Below are positions 46,620 through 57,479 of a stretch of 64,000 bases of DNA, one piece after another. A program made the position numbers and the translations under genes. Source of the DNA: Macrostomum lignano. Taxonomy: Eukaryota. The stretch's first letter is position 1. Each line of letters opens with the position of its first letter. The DNA is taken from assembly GCA_002269645.1 (NCBI GenBank), contig NIVC01000083.1, positions 1 through 64,000 of the forward strand, given 5' to 3'. A model generated the notes under the pieces. The model did not search any database. It was given only the letters and a program-made list of their open reading frames with translations, and was not told where the DNA came from.

Positions 46620-46975
46620 CGAGGTTTAGTGTCATTTGATTGGCTGGGGAGAGAGAGAAGAGGTTTAGTGTCATTTGATTGGCTGGGGAGAGAGAGAAGA
46701 GGTTTAGTGTCATTTGATTGGCTGGGGAGAGAGAGAAGAGGTTTAGTGTCATTTGATTGGCTGGGGAGAGAGAGAAGAGGTTTAGTGTCATTTGATTGGC
46801 TGGGGAGAGAGAGAAGAGGTTTAGTGTCATTTGATTGGCTGGGGAGAGAGAAGAGGTTTAGTGTCATTTGATTGGCTGGGGAGAGAGAAGAGGTTTAGTG
46901 TCATTTGATTGGCTGGGGAGAGAGAGAAGAGGTTTAGTGTCATTTGATTGGCTGGGGAGAGAGAAGAGGTTTAGT
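46620..46975. repeat. Minisatellite, 37/39-bp unit GGTTTAGTGTCATTTGATTGGCTGGGGAGAGAGAGAAGA
   Basis: Tandem near-identical units. Confidence 0.95.
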
Positions 46976-47518
46976 ATTATCTGAAGACAGACATACCTTA
47001 GAGGTTTAGTATATTGTGATTAGCTGAGGGGAGATAAAAGTGTTAGTAGTGTCATTTGATTGGCCAGAGGTAGTACATTAAGATCATGTGATTTTTGGGT
47101 TCTTTGTTATGCGCCAATGTTATTTTTTTAAATTATTCAATGATAAAGTTAACTTTAGAGACATTTTAGCTAAGTGTAGCATAAAATATGTAATTTACGA
47201 ACGAATTTTTTCAAGTTATATTTTTTTGTCCTTTATATGATGACGTTCGTACGCATTTACATACTCGTGTTGATTTTTGTATTGACGCGCTTTGGTGCTA
47301 CTAATTAAAGATTACTACTGGATTGCTGTGGAATTGATTTCGGAGATTGGACTTTCATTAAATATAATTAAAGTAATGATTTTAGTTAATTCAATACATT
47401 TTCGCATTTTTCCTATTGACGGAATACGCGAACTTCAACATGAAAAGTTAAACAAGAGTCTTTAACAGATAGAGCTTTGCTTTTTATCATCCTTTCTCAC
47501 TCAGATTGTTACGTACGA

Positions 47519-47976
47519 GCTAGCTTCGTTCCTATTGGCTAGTCTGGGGCTCTCTCCGACACCCACCTCACTCGGATTGTTTGCTTCGTTCCTATTGGCT
47601 TGTCTGGGGCTCTCTCCGACACCCACCTCACTCTTATTGTTTGCTTCATTCTTATTGGCTAGTCTGGGGCTCTCTCCGACACCCACTTCACTCGGATTGT
47701 TTGCTTCATTCTTATTGGCTAGTCTGGGGCTCTCTCCGACACCCACCTCACTCGGATTGTTTGCTTCATTCTTATTGGCTAGTCTGGGGCTCTCTCCGAC
47801 ACCCACCTCACTCGGATTGTTTGCTTCATTCTTATTGGCTAGTCTGGGGCTCTCTCCGACACCCACCTCACTCGGATTGTTTGCTTCATTCTTATTGGCT
47901 AGTCTGGGGCTCTCTCCGACACCCACCTCACTCGGATTGTTTGCTTCGTTCTTATTGGCTAGTCTGGGGCTCTCTT
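47519..47976. repeat. Minisatellite, 60-bp unit (TTGCTTCATTCTTATTGGCTAGTCTGGGGCTCTCTCCGACACCCACCTCACTCGGATTGT)
   Basis: About 7.5 copies, register visible line by line. Confidence 0.96.
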
Positions 47977-48060
47977 CAGGACCCAAACTAACTAATAATT
48001 TTTGTTTTCAGTTCCAAACCCTGAGAGTTTTCACATGAAAATGTAAGCTGTAATACGCCA

Positions 48061-48536
48061 TTAATCATCGTCGCTAGGAATGTCCGCCCTATTTTCGTAC
48101 ATGTAGCTTCTATACTTGTCCGATCGCAACAACGCTCTTTGCATCTCTGAGTGCAGATTTGAGTCGCCAAAGTCGGTATTGTGCACTAGTACAGATTTTT
48201 TGGTTTTATCTTCCGTCTTTTGCTCTTGAAAAAGGCATGTGTACGTTTTGAGTTCTCTGTACTTAGCGTTGAAGGTTTTCACATGATGCATTACACGATG
48301 GAAGCGAAGCATTAGAAAGTAAGTCCTAGCCAAGATTGTCGCTTCGGCGATGATTAAATTCGACATGCCGTAATCGACTAGAAAATCATAGAACTCGTAT
48401 TTAGTGCCGGTTGGATCCGTGCTAGCGAGCAGTCGGTAAAGATAACCGTAGACTAAAGAATTATGCTGCCCAGCCAGTTTATTCGGCGGATCAAGCGCAA
48501 CAGTGAGACTGAAATAATGCATGTAGTTTTCAATGA
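48061..48536 (-). CDS. Orphan 3-exon gene (228 aa), exon 3
   Basis: Acceptor cacaatcAG|TC phase 1, 476 nt of non-repetitive open frame to TAA. No family recognised. Confidence 0.7.
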
Positions 48537-48544
48537 CTGATTGT

Positions 48545-49345
48545 GGGGTTATTGCGGCTCCAGTGTACATTGACTCACTTAGCCTTGATTTTTAATTTTT
48601 AATAAGATAAAGAAAATATTGGAGTGGTTGTTGCGGCTTCAGTCAGTGTATTGAGTCACCCAGCTTTGATTTTAATAGAATGGAGATAAGATTGGGGTGG
48701 TTGTTGCGGCTTCAGTCAGTGCACATTGACTAACTTAGCTTTGGTTTTAATAGAATGGAGATAAGATTGGGGTGGTTGTTGCGGCTTCAGTCAGTGCACA
48801 TTGACTAACTTAGCTTTGGTTTTAATAGAATGGAGATAAGATTGGGGTGGTTGTTGCGGCTTCAGTCAGTGCACATTGACTAACTTAGCTTTGGTTTTAA
48901 TAGAATGGAGATAAGATTGGGGTGGTTGTTGCGGCTTCAGTCAGTGCACATTGACTAACTCAGCTTTGGTTTGAATAGAATGGAGATAAGATTGGGTTGG
49001 TTGTTGCGGCTTCAGTTAGTGTATTGAGTCACCCAGCTTTGATTTGAATAGAATGGAGATAAGATTGGGGTGGTTGTTGCGGCTTCAGTCAGTTTATTGA
49101 GTCACCCAGCTTTGATTTGAATAGAATGGAGATAAGATTGGGGTGGTTGTTGCGGCTTCAGTCAGTGCACATTGACTAACTCAGCTTTGGTTTGAATAGA
49201 ATGGAGATAAGATTGGGTTGGTTGTTGCGGCTTCAGTTAGTGTATTGAGTCACCCAGCTTTGATTTGAATAGAATGGAGATAAGATTGGGTTGGTTGTTG
49301 CGGCTTCAGTCAGTGTACATTGAGTCACTCAGCTTTGATTTTAAT
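48545..49345. repeat. Minisatellite, ~73-75-bp unit, filling intron 2 of the orphan gene
   Basis: Tandem units with two alternating variants (GTGCACATTGACTAAC / GTATTGAGTCACC). Confidence 0.93.
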
Positions 49346-49452
49346 AGAGTATGTTACACTGCAGCTAAAATTGTGTTTCAGCTTCAGTGTAACATAAAAA
49401 TATTGCAGCTTTATTTACATGTAAATATATGTAGACATAAAAAATCACTTAC

Positions 49453-49608
49453 TAGAGTGCAGCAACTGCGGCACTTGAGACAGCTGATCCCACATAAAGG
49501 CATTTCTATTCTCTTCCGAGTCAGTAGACCGCTGCTCAACATTCTGATTAAGCCAGTGGTCGACATTAGACGCATCTCTACTCGGCCGCAGACTCTCTGG
49601 ACTGTTAC
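49453..49608 (-). CDS. Orphan gene exon 2 (CNSPESLRPSRD...AFMWDQLSQVPQLLHS)
   Basis: cagcAG|GT ... TCT A|GTAAGT, 156 nt, open, phase 1/1. Confidence 0.68.
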
Positions 49609-49702
49609 CTGCTGTCTCGTCAAAAATTACAAGTTTATGTTTAGGAGTAATTGATAATTTTTAAAGAAAGCTACATACTCGATCGTTAATCAAATTACTC
49701 AC

Positions 49703-49757
49703 ATCGTTTTCGTTGCAGTGTCTCCCGGCAGTCGAGCGTTTTAGACTTGCGAGTCAT
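49703..49757 (-). CDS. Orphan gene exon 1 (MTRKSKTLDCRETLQRKR)
   Basis: AAA ATG context, donor CGA T|GTGAGT, 94-nt intron, in frame with exon 2. Confidence 0.62.
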
Positions 49758-50287
49758 TTTATTATAAATTCAATTTTTGTATGAAACTTACGGCAATGAG
49801 TTATTTAATTATTATTAAAAAACTTACCTTCTTTAATTGTGCCGAGACGTGGCCGATGACTTTCTAGCCATAGACTGCCATGACTGGAGCAAACGGTATA
49901 GCTACTACGATCGCTATATACGTTGTTACTGTAGTACGTATACTACGGGAATCCATGCCTTAGCAAGGATTGGTAGCTTCCCATTGGTAGCTCCCATTGG
50001 TAGCTATGGGGATACAAATACGTCACTTGGCAAAAGGCAATATACAGCTAGTTATTTACTGTACTGTTTGTTTTTTTACTATTTTTTTAGCTCAACTACA
50101 TAAAATATATTATTAAAACTGAAAGCGGGCACGCTAAATGCTTGCCGAGAATTTTGCCCGCCCTAAGAAGTAGTAGACTGCGCCACAGGTACTATATAAC
50201 AGATATTACATTGTCTCTGTGGACTGCACTGACACGAAATTTGCTGGTAGAGAGACTTTAGCCCATTTACAAGTACACGCACAGATA

Positions 50288-50922
50288 CAGGCGCGTCGCC
50301 ACCAGGGGCACAGGGGGGGACATGTCCCCTCCAGTAAAGCTATGGGGGACACACCAATGCTTTGTCCCCACCCCACCTTGTGACCCGTTGTGGTAATCTT
50401 TATTTTCTTGAGGGCACCAAAGGGCCTTCGGCTCCAAAATAAGTTCTTGCGGCGCTAGAATGAGTGCCTGCGGCGCCAGAATGAATGCCTGCGGCGCCAG
50501 AATGAGTGCCTACGGCGCCAGAATGAGTGCCTGCGACGCCAGGATGAGTGCCTGAAGCACTAAAAGGACTGCCTACGGATCTAAAAGGAGTGCCTGCGGT
50601 GCTAAAAGGAGTGCCTGCGGCGCTAATAGGAGTGCCTGCGGCGCTAGAAGAAGTGCAGCCTGCGGTGCCAAAATGAGTGCCTGAAGTGCTAAAAGGAGTG
50701 CCTGCGGCGCCAGAACGAGTGCCTGCGGCGCCAGAACGAGTGCCTGCGGCGCCAAAAGGAGTGCACCCTACGGCGCCAAAAGGAGTGCCTGCGGCGCCAA
50801 AAGGAGCTCTGTCGACACGATTCTCAAAATAATGAAAATGTAGGAATTTAGCCATGTACATGTTGAATTCTTGGCTTTAACCCCCCCCCACCATAAAATC
50901 CATGGAGATGGCGATGCCCCTG
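50288..50922. mobile_element. Non-autonomous hAT-like element carrying a 21-bp minisatellite (50445-50805, GAGTGCCTGCGGCGCCAGAAT-type)
   Basis: Termini CAGGCGCGTCGCCA / TGGCGATGCCCCTG; TSD not preserved. Confidence 0.6.
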
Positions 50923-51579
50923 CAGTTAAATTACTTAAGCGAGGACATAATATTTTTTACGTAACGTATATACAGTTTGGTTCGCGAGGAAAGGCTCAAA
51001 TCTCGCGAGACCCTCGCGAGATTTCGCGAGAATCTGTGTGTAACTCTCTCTCCATTGGCTGAGCGTTTATTGAGCTTGTAGGCTGAATCGAGAGAGAAAA
51101 CCCCATGGGGATAATTGGGGTTGGTGCATGCATGGTGTGCGAAATGGGGGTCCAGGGCTCGTACGAGCTCACAGAGATTTGCTTGATATATTTCGGAGTG
51201 TAGTTATATAAATCGTCTCAAAGCAGTGAAAATTGTTGCCTAGAAAGTTGCATACTAAGATTCTCGTAATCGTTATACAATTAATTTTAAATTAGAATTT
51301 TGAGATTTTTGTTGAATAACAGCAATGAGTACTTTGATGTTAACATTAATGTAAAAATTCATTAATTCCAGCGAAGTGAAAAATTTGCGTTTTTTATGCA
51401 GTTTACAATGTTAATTACAAAATAAGTAGTGAGCAACATGACAATGGAGGGATAATATAGTGTGCACCGTCAAGGGTTTCCAGTTCATTCATCTGCCGAC
51501 AGTTCGTCTTGTAAAACAAAATGTTTTACAATATACACCTAAAATAAGAAAGCTTAACTTAAAACCCAATCTCGAACTT

Positions 51580-52620
51580 CGTGAGTGTGAGCGAGTGAGA
51601 GAGTGAGTGTGAGCGAGTGAGTGACTGTGAGTGAGTGTGAGCGAGTGAGAGAGTAAGTGTGAGCGAGTGAATGACTGTGAGCGACTGAGTGAGTGTGAGT
51701 GAGTGAGTGCGAGCGAGTGGGTGATTGTGAGCGAGTGAGTGAGTGTGAGTGAGTGAGTGTGAGCGAGTGGGTGATTGTGAGCGACTGAGTGAGTGTGAGT
51801 GAGTGAGTGTGAGCGAGTGGGTGAGTGTGAGCGCGAGTGAGTGAGTGTGAGCGAGTGAGTGAGTGTGAGCGAGTGGGTGAGTGTGAGTGAGTGGGTGAGT
51901 GTGAGTGAGTGAGTGTGAGCGAGTGAGTGAGTGTGAGCGAGTGGGTGAGTGTGAGTGAGTGAGTGAGTGTGAGTGAGTGAGTGTGAGCGAGTGAGTGAGT
52001 GTGAGCGAGTGGGTGAGTGTGAGTGAGTGAGTGAGTGTGAGTGAGTGAGTGTGAGCGAGTGAGTGAGTGTGAGCGAGTGGGTGAGTGTGAGCGAGTGGGT
52101 GAGTGTGAGCGAGTGAGTGAGTGTGAGTGAGTGAGTGTGAGCGAGTGGGTGATTGTGAGCGACTGAGTGAGTGTGAGTGAGTGAGTGTGAGCGAGTGGGT
52201 GAGTGTGAGCGCGAGTGAGTGAGTGTGAGCGAGTGGGTGAGTGTGAGCGAGTGGGTGAGTGTGAGCGAGTGAGTGAGTGTGAGTGAGTGAGTGTGAGCGA
52301 GTGGGTGATTGTGAGCGACTGAGTGAGTGTGAGTGAGTGAGTGTGAGCGAGTGGGTGAGTGTGAGCGCGAGTGAGTGAGTGTGAGCGAGTGAGTGAGTGT
52401 GAGCGAGTGGGTGAGTGTGAGTGAGTGGGTGAGTGTGAGTGAGTGAGTGTGAGCGAGTGAGTGAGTGTGAGCGAGTGGGTGAGTGTGAGTGAGTGAGTGA
52501 GTGTGAGTGAGTGAGTGTGAGCGAGTGAGTGAGTGTGAGCGAGTGGGTGAGTGTGAGCGAGTGGGTGAGTGTGAGCGAGTGAGTGAGTGTGAGTGAGTGG
52601 GTGAGTGTGAGTGAGTGAGT
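51580..52620. repeat. Complex (GTGA)n/(GTGAGC)n microsatellite inside the Tc1-like element
   Basis: Visible directly; produces the THSL-repeat ORF. Confidence 0.95.
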
Positions 52621-53050
52621 GATTGAAGTTATTTGCAAGCTAAGTCATTATAGTGAGTTCTTTGCGTGCTGTTTTTATCGCTATACAAACCGAAACAATA
52701 GGCCAAAAGTTGGAACTGAAAAAGACTGACAAAAGATGACGATATGTGACTTTTAAGGTGAGCTGTTATAAATATATTTTTATCACGATGCAAGCCAGTC
52801 AGTTATTTAGACTATAGTCTGCTTTTCAATCGTACCAGTAGGCCTAAATTGAAAAAAAAGTTACTCTATAGGGTTGGCTTGTGTGTAACGATCCACAACT
52901 AGTCACAATCAATGCGCATAAGGAGAAAAGGGGCTTGACGACAGTGACCATAAATTAACTCTGCTCATTCAAGCTTGAATTGACAGCCACCCCGCCCACC
53001 TTTTCGAAGTCCCAAAGTCTGAACCATGGAGCACGGTATTTGCAGTAGAC

Positions 53051-53420
53051 TGTTATAGTTTGATCCCCATTCCCCATTTGTTCAGAGAATAAGAGGCTTG
53101 GCTGACTTCGGACTATTAGAATACTTTATTCGGACTATCGTAAAATAGAGGCTCTGTGGACAAATAAATGACTCACCCTGGTGAAGGATTGAAATGGAGA
53201 AGGGCGAGCATCATAGCTTGCTTTGCCTCAAACCGGCTAATAGGACTGGGTAGTAAAACTGCCTGTCGGTATACACCAACAAGAGGGTGCCTTAGCTCCG
53301 AGAACACCCACCCCATGGCCCCGCACCGAGCAAACTACGAGCGTAGCTGAGAGTCCCCGTGTTACAAACAAGAAGCAGGCAAACAAGCTTAAAATCCTGA
53401 GGGAAGTCCTGACTGTAACA
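53051..53420 (-). mobile_element. Probable 370-bp solo LTR nested in the Tc1-like element
   Basis: TGTTA...TAACA termini, AATAAA on the minus strand ~75 nt from its end, flanks AGAC/TGAC (3 of 4 match). Confidence 0.55.
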
Positions 53421-53439
53421 TGACAGAGGGCAGTACGGA

Positions 53440-53953
53440 AAAATATTATCTATAGATTTGTTGCACATCTGAACAGCCAGTAGCTTCCAGAATTCTTCAA
53501 TTCCATCGGCCAGTGCTTGTTCCGTCTTTGGCTTGATCTTCTTTTCCAGATGATCCTTGAGGTGGCTCCACAGAATAGCCGAATGGGTTGCTTTTCAACT
53601 TGATCATCTGGCAATACTGTGTTGTTGTTCGAACCCAACCCAGCAGTCGCCGAATTCTCTTCATTGTGCAGATAGAAAGGCGCAAACCAAACTTTAATCT
53701 CACCCTATTGCACAAGTCTTGAGCTGAAACTTGGCCATTAGTGGCGTCAAGCAGCGCATCGATGAAGCCCCCATTTTCGGGGCAGAGATTTATCCTTGCT
53801 AATTTTTGTCCTTGACAGAGTAGGATGGCGCCTGATGGCACGCCGGGAGACCTGAATTTCGCTACTAATTTCAGCTACACTTCTTTTCTCTAAGTAAAAC
53901 TTTGACAGGAGATCAATACGTTGCTTGTCCGTCAGGCGACGTCCAATCTCCAT
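53440..53953 (-). pseudogene. Internally deleted, frameshifted Tc1/IS630-type transposase
   Basis: HTH-like MEIGRRLTDKQR...SVAEIS, then LLGWVRTTTQYCQMI, joined almost directly to C-terminal NP..WSHLKDHLEKKIKPKTEQALADGIEEFW; the catalytic DD region is missing. Confidence 0.75.
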
Positions 53954-54002
53954 TTGCAAGCTTCGTGAAATTGCTGTTAGTCTTCCTATTAGCTGTGTCA
54001 GA

Positions 54003-54171
54003 CAGGCGCGGATCCAGAAAATTTTTGAGGGGGGGCAACTATAGATATACCAAACACTACAACCCCATATTGGAAAGTAGACCTGGCATAGTAGCAGGCC
54101 AAAAAAGTATGATCAAAATTTCTTTGGCCGCGGCCATGGCCCCCTTGGCCCCCCCTCTGGATCCGCCCCTG
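54003..54171. mobile_element. 169-bp hAT MITE
   Basis: TIRs CAGGCGCGGATCCAGA / TCTGGATCCGCCCCTG; perfect 8-bp TSD GTGTCAGA. Confidence 0.93.
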
Positions 54172-54624
54172 GTGTCAGACAATGTATTTTCGATGGGGAA
54201 AAACAAGAAAGGGTTTGCCATAAAAAACTATGAGAAACTGTTAAGGTGGACGCCGAAAAAGCGGGCAACCTCAATAAACAACCCACCTCAAACAGCGCTC
54301 AATCTTACTCTCCCCAGTTAATGGCTCAGCCAATGACGAACGAGTTACACACAGATTCTCGCGAGACCCCTCGCGAGATCTCGCGAGATTTGAGCCTTTC
54401 CTCGCGAACCCAACTGTATAACGTGTAATATTGATATAAACTGTAGTTGTCAATGCACGCACGCCAAATTGTACACAATTAAGTTGAAAAACCTTAGTTA
54501 AGGCAATTTTATATTAGTATTTTCTTGACACCCTACACTTGAATTATTGCAGGAAAAGTGCTTCGCTACCTGTTACATGCAAATTTCTAAATTTCGAAGA
54601 GTCTTCTTCGACTACCGGTAGTTA

Positions 54625-54850
54625 AAGCTTCTGACGTAACCCGGGCTGCATGGAAAAACCTGTGACAACCCCTGCGTTCTGGCGCTGTCAAGGCTCAGCC
54701 ACCAGGCCACGTCCCCCAGAATTTGTTCACCTCTGGATGGTGCGGTAGCTGACGTTGAGGCTAAGATCCCATTATCCATACAGCGCAGGCCCGGGTTCTT
54801 CGTCTGGCCGCCACCAGTCACCTGTGCAGAAGTGCACCCGGTAAAAATCC
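54625..54850. repeat. Dispersed repeat, copy 1 (homologous to 62445-62682); possibly the 5' end of a LINE
   Basis: Shared blocks ACCCGGGCTGCATG, CAGCCACCAGGCC, CCTCTGGATGGTGCGGTAGCTGACGTTG, GGCCGCCACCAGTCACCTGTGCA...GTGCACCCGGTAAA. Confidence 0.8.
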
Positions 54851-55795
54851 CACTAAGCGAGATGGGGACTCCCGGTCTGTATAACAGACGAAGGTTCTTG
54901 ACCCAACTGTGCTAGAGATGGCCGATTGAGGGACTCTATGTGAGGCATACAAGGGACAGTCTAGTCAGTGCTGGAAACGAGGGTCACTTTTGCATGGGGG
55001 ATCTTCTAGCTGGTGAGCGATAATTCTATACTAAAATATCCGCGTAAGCCTCAGGATCCCTAGGGTGGATAATAGGTAACGCCATCTTAATGTCTCCTCC
55101 CAGATGGGTTCGATGCAGCAGGGGATGAGGAAGTACAGGTCACAGAGCTCTCTCGTGGTGCACATTCTACGGGGACTTATTTAGAAGCAGTGTTACTGCT
55201 ATGATTATTTGGTAAAATTCGGCTCATACTCGGTGATCTTCCACTCTGATCCTCAGCTTCTATTCCATGCCCTGCGACCGGCGCAGTTACATGTACTACT
55301 CACATTTCAAATCACGACTCGGTAAATAAGTAAACAGACAGAAGCAAACGAGTTGAATAGCTTTAATTCCCTGAATTACTGGCCCTAAGCTTGTCCTTAA
55401 ACGCTCGGTTACCATGGCCTGTCCTTGTCCTCTGTTACCAAGCAACCCCGATGACGTCACCCGCCAGCAGCGCTGCGATTGGGCAAGAAATCGGGGTGGG
55501 GCGCAATGGAGAACAAATATTTATGATGAGGGACTACGTAACAGGCAGGAAAAAGCTTGGTGAGATAGAGGGTCATTGTATTCATGATGGGTTATGATGG
55601 GTCATCATTATTATATTCATATTCATGATAGGGTCATGATATGAGGCACAGGTAGGCTGAAGCCTCTTCAAAAAATCAATGCCGGGACTTTGTAGACTTT
55701 CGTCGCATTTTTCAACATCTCGCTACCAAAGTCTGTTATGGCTTCTCAACCTGCGTATTTATGCCACGTAAAGTTTTTGCACATTTACACGTCGC

Positions 55796-56109
55796 AAAAT
55801 AAAGCTGCATTGACACAGGACTCCGCGGCATTCCATCACGGCGCTCTGACCTGTTCAGGCGACCTAACTGCGCCGTCGGCAGCTATTACGCGGTGCATCT
55901 GAAGGCTGCGTACGGCTGTTCAGTCCAAGGACCGGAGCGTCGCCACACACACCCTCAATTATCCCAGCTAATGCTGGCTGGCACACATCTTACAGCTGGG
56001 TGAACTGAAGCCAATGCAGAGTGAAGTGTCTTGTTCAAGGACACAAATTGTTCCGAGTCAGAGTCCTTTCAATTGCGAGTTCGACGCTCTAACCACTAGG
56101 CTACAACCC
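55796..56109 (-). mobile_element. tRNA-headed SINE with a conserved central (Deu/Nin/Meta-type) domain
   Basis: A-box TAGCCTAGTGG at the head, core TGTGTCCTTGAACAAGACACTT...CACCCAGCTGTAA, tail ending GCTTTATTTT. Confidence 0.7.
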
Positions 56110-56690
56110 TGTTCAAGATCAGCAAGAAAATACAGTGTACACTGTCAGGTCTTTGTTTTAGGGGCGTCTCAGGGCTTGAACAGGAACGAAAGCGCCTGCA
56201 CCGCCGGCCAAAGCCGTATGTTCTTACGGCGAGTGTCGGTCTGATGGTCAACATGTAGAAGACCATCGTGCTCTGCGAGCCAGTCGACATCGAGGCTGCG
56301 ATTGCGCTGACGGACATGCAACGGAACTTCCGGAACCTCGGGCTGTCTGGTTCCCGGCGTCCGCCAGGATCTGCAGTATCGCCATGGGTTTTCCGCTGGG
56401 CTGCTTATCGTTCTGTGAGGGCGCTCTTACAGTCCGAGGTCCTACCTGACCTCCAGAGGGCGGCGTTGTTCCAGAAAGTGATTGAGACCGTCCTGTTTTA
56501 CAGCGCAAGCCCAGAGCACTGACAGACTTGCTCGAACAGCAAGTTGACAAGCGGTGCACGCACGCTGGCCTGGCGACGAGCGAGAATCGGGGCAGCAACG
56601 TGGCACCTGTATCGCCGCGCTAGTCAGATCCGTCCAAACAACCTGTTGCACCGTCGGTGCCTCGATCTAGCTGGCAAGCCGCATCTTGGC
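56110..56690 (+). pseudogene. Degenerate RTE-clade LINE reverse transcriptase C-terminal fragment
   Basis: WAAYRSVRALLQS...RAALFQKVIETVLFYSA matches the RTE pattern AW.A...K.RLF...VESVLLY; stops and frameshifts around it. Confidence 0.65.
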
Positions 56691-56891
56691 AAAATCTTAA
56701 AAAACCAAGTCTAGGTACTTTGGTTTACAAGGATTACAATGCGTAAGGGAAATTATTTTGGTCCCGATGTATTAACAACAGCCCATCTCTAGCCGTCTGT
56801 TCCGAAAACGAAAATTAAGGAGAGAGGAAGAGGATTTATCTATTGTCAAAGTTAGTCGGTCAGTCAGTAGTCTGCAGCATGGGTCCCACGG

Positions 56892-57479
56892 TCAATCATC
56901 CGGTAGGTCGTCCTCGTCTTCATCGTCCGACTCCAGGTTGCTGCTGGCGGCGACAGTCAAGCCGGCGTGCTGTCCGCGCAGCGCCTTCAGGCTGGACAGG
57001 CGCACTGTCCGATCCGCTGTCTTGGTGTGCCGAACCGAAGTGCGCAAGCATTTAGTAATCAGACGCTGCAAGTCGACTTCTTTTACTAGTTCGTCAAGTA
57101 AGGCTTCATTCGGATCAATGGTTGTGACATCATCGTCTGCGACAGTTGTCTCGGCACCCGGAGCGTCGGCTTCGGCAACGCCAGCGGCGGCGGCCTCCCT
57201 GCTCCTAAGGTTGGCCCGTCGCTCCTGGCTGTACTCCTCCTCGCAGCTGATCAGCTCCTGGTTGGGGTCGTCCTCGACATCGGCCAGCCTGACAAAGGAC
57301 TCGTGACCGGGCGGTCCCACTCGCAACGGGGGCGACTCTACAACGATGGACAGTTCGCCGAGACGCTCCCAGCCACCGGGGCACTCCGGAGCCGAAACTT
57401 GCAGCGTCGGTTTGGTGAGGCCAGAGAAATTTGAGCCGAGAATCTCAGATGCCGTCGGTCGCCTCCCTGTTGCGGCCAT
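56892..57479 (-). CDS. Uncharacterised 195-aa acidic protein, single ORF
   Basis: Non-repetitive ORF, AGC ATG context, acidic tail ESDDEDEDDLPDD; no family recognised; 1.5 kb downstream of an LTR and PBS on the same strand. Confidence 0.55.
   Translation of the reverse strand: MAATGRRPTASEILGSNFSGLTKPTLQVSAPECPGGWERLGELSIVVESPPLRVGPPGHESFVRLADVEDDPNQELISCEEEYSQERRANLRSREAAAAGVAEADAPGAETTVADDDVTTIDPNEALLDELVKEVDLQRLITKCLRTSVRHTKTADRTVRLSSLKALRGQHAGLTVAASSNLESDDEDEDDLPDD

Larger units (their letters stand above)
50973..54416 (-). mobile_element. Tc1-like DNA transposon, 3444 bp, ~100-bp TIRs
   Basis: TA|CAGTTTGGTTCGCGAGGAAAGGCTCAAATCTCGCGAGA... and its reverse complement at the right end followed by TA; TIRs carry repeated CTCGCGAG palindromes. 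Confidence 0.9.

Noticed and set aside
47519-49345. CRISPR-like appearance of the 60-bp and 75-bp arrays
   Set aside because: No unique spacers, no cas genes, and the context is eukaryotic; these are plain tandem repeats.
56060-56109. tRNA gene
   Set aside because: It has an A-box but no intact B-box or cloverleaf and continues into a SINE core.
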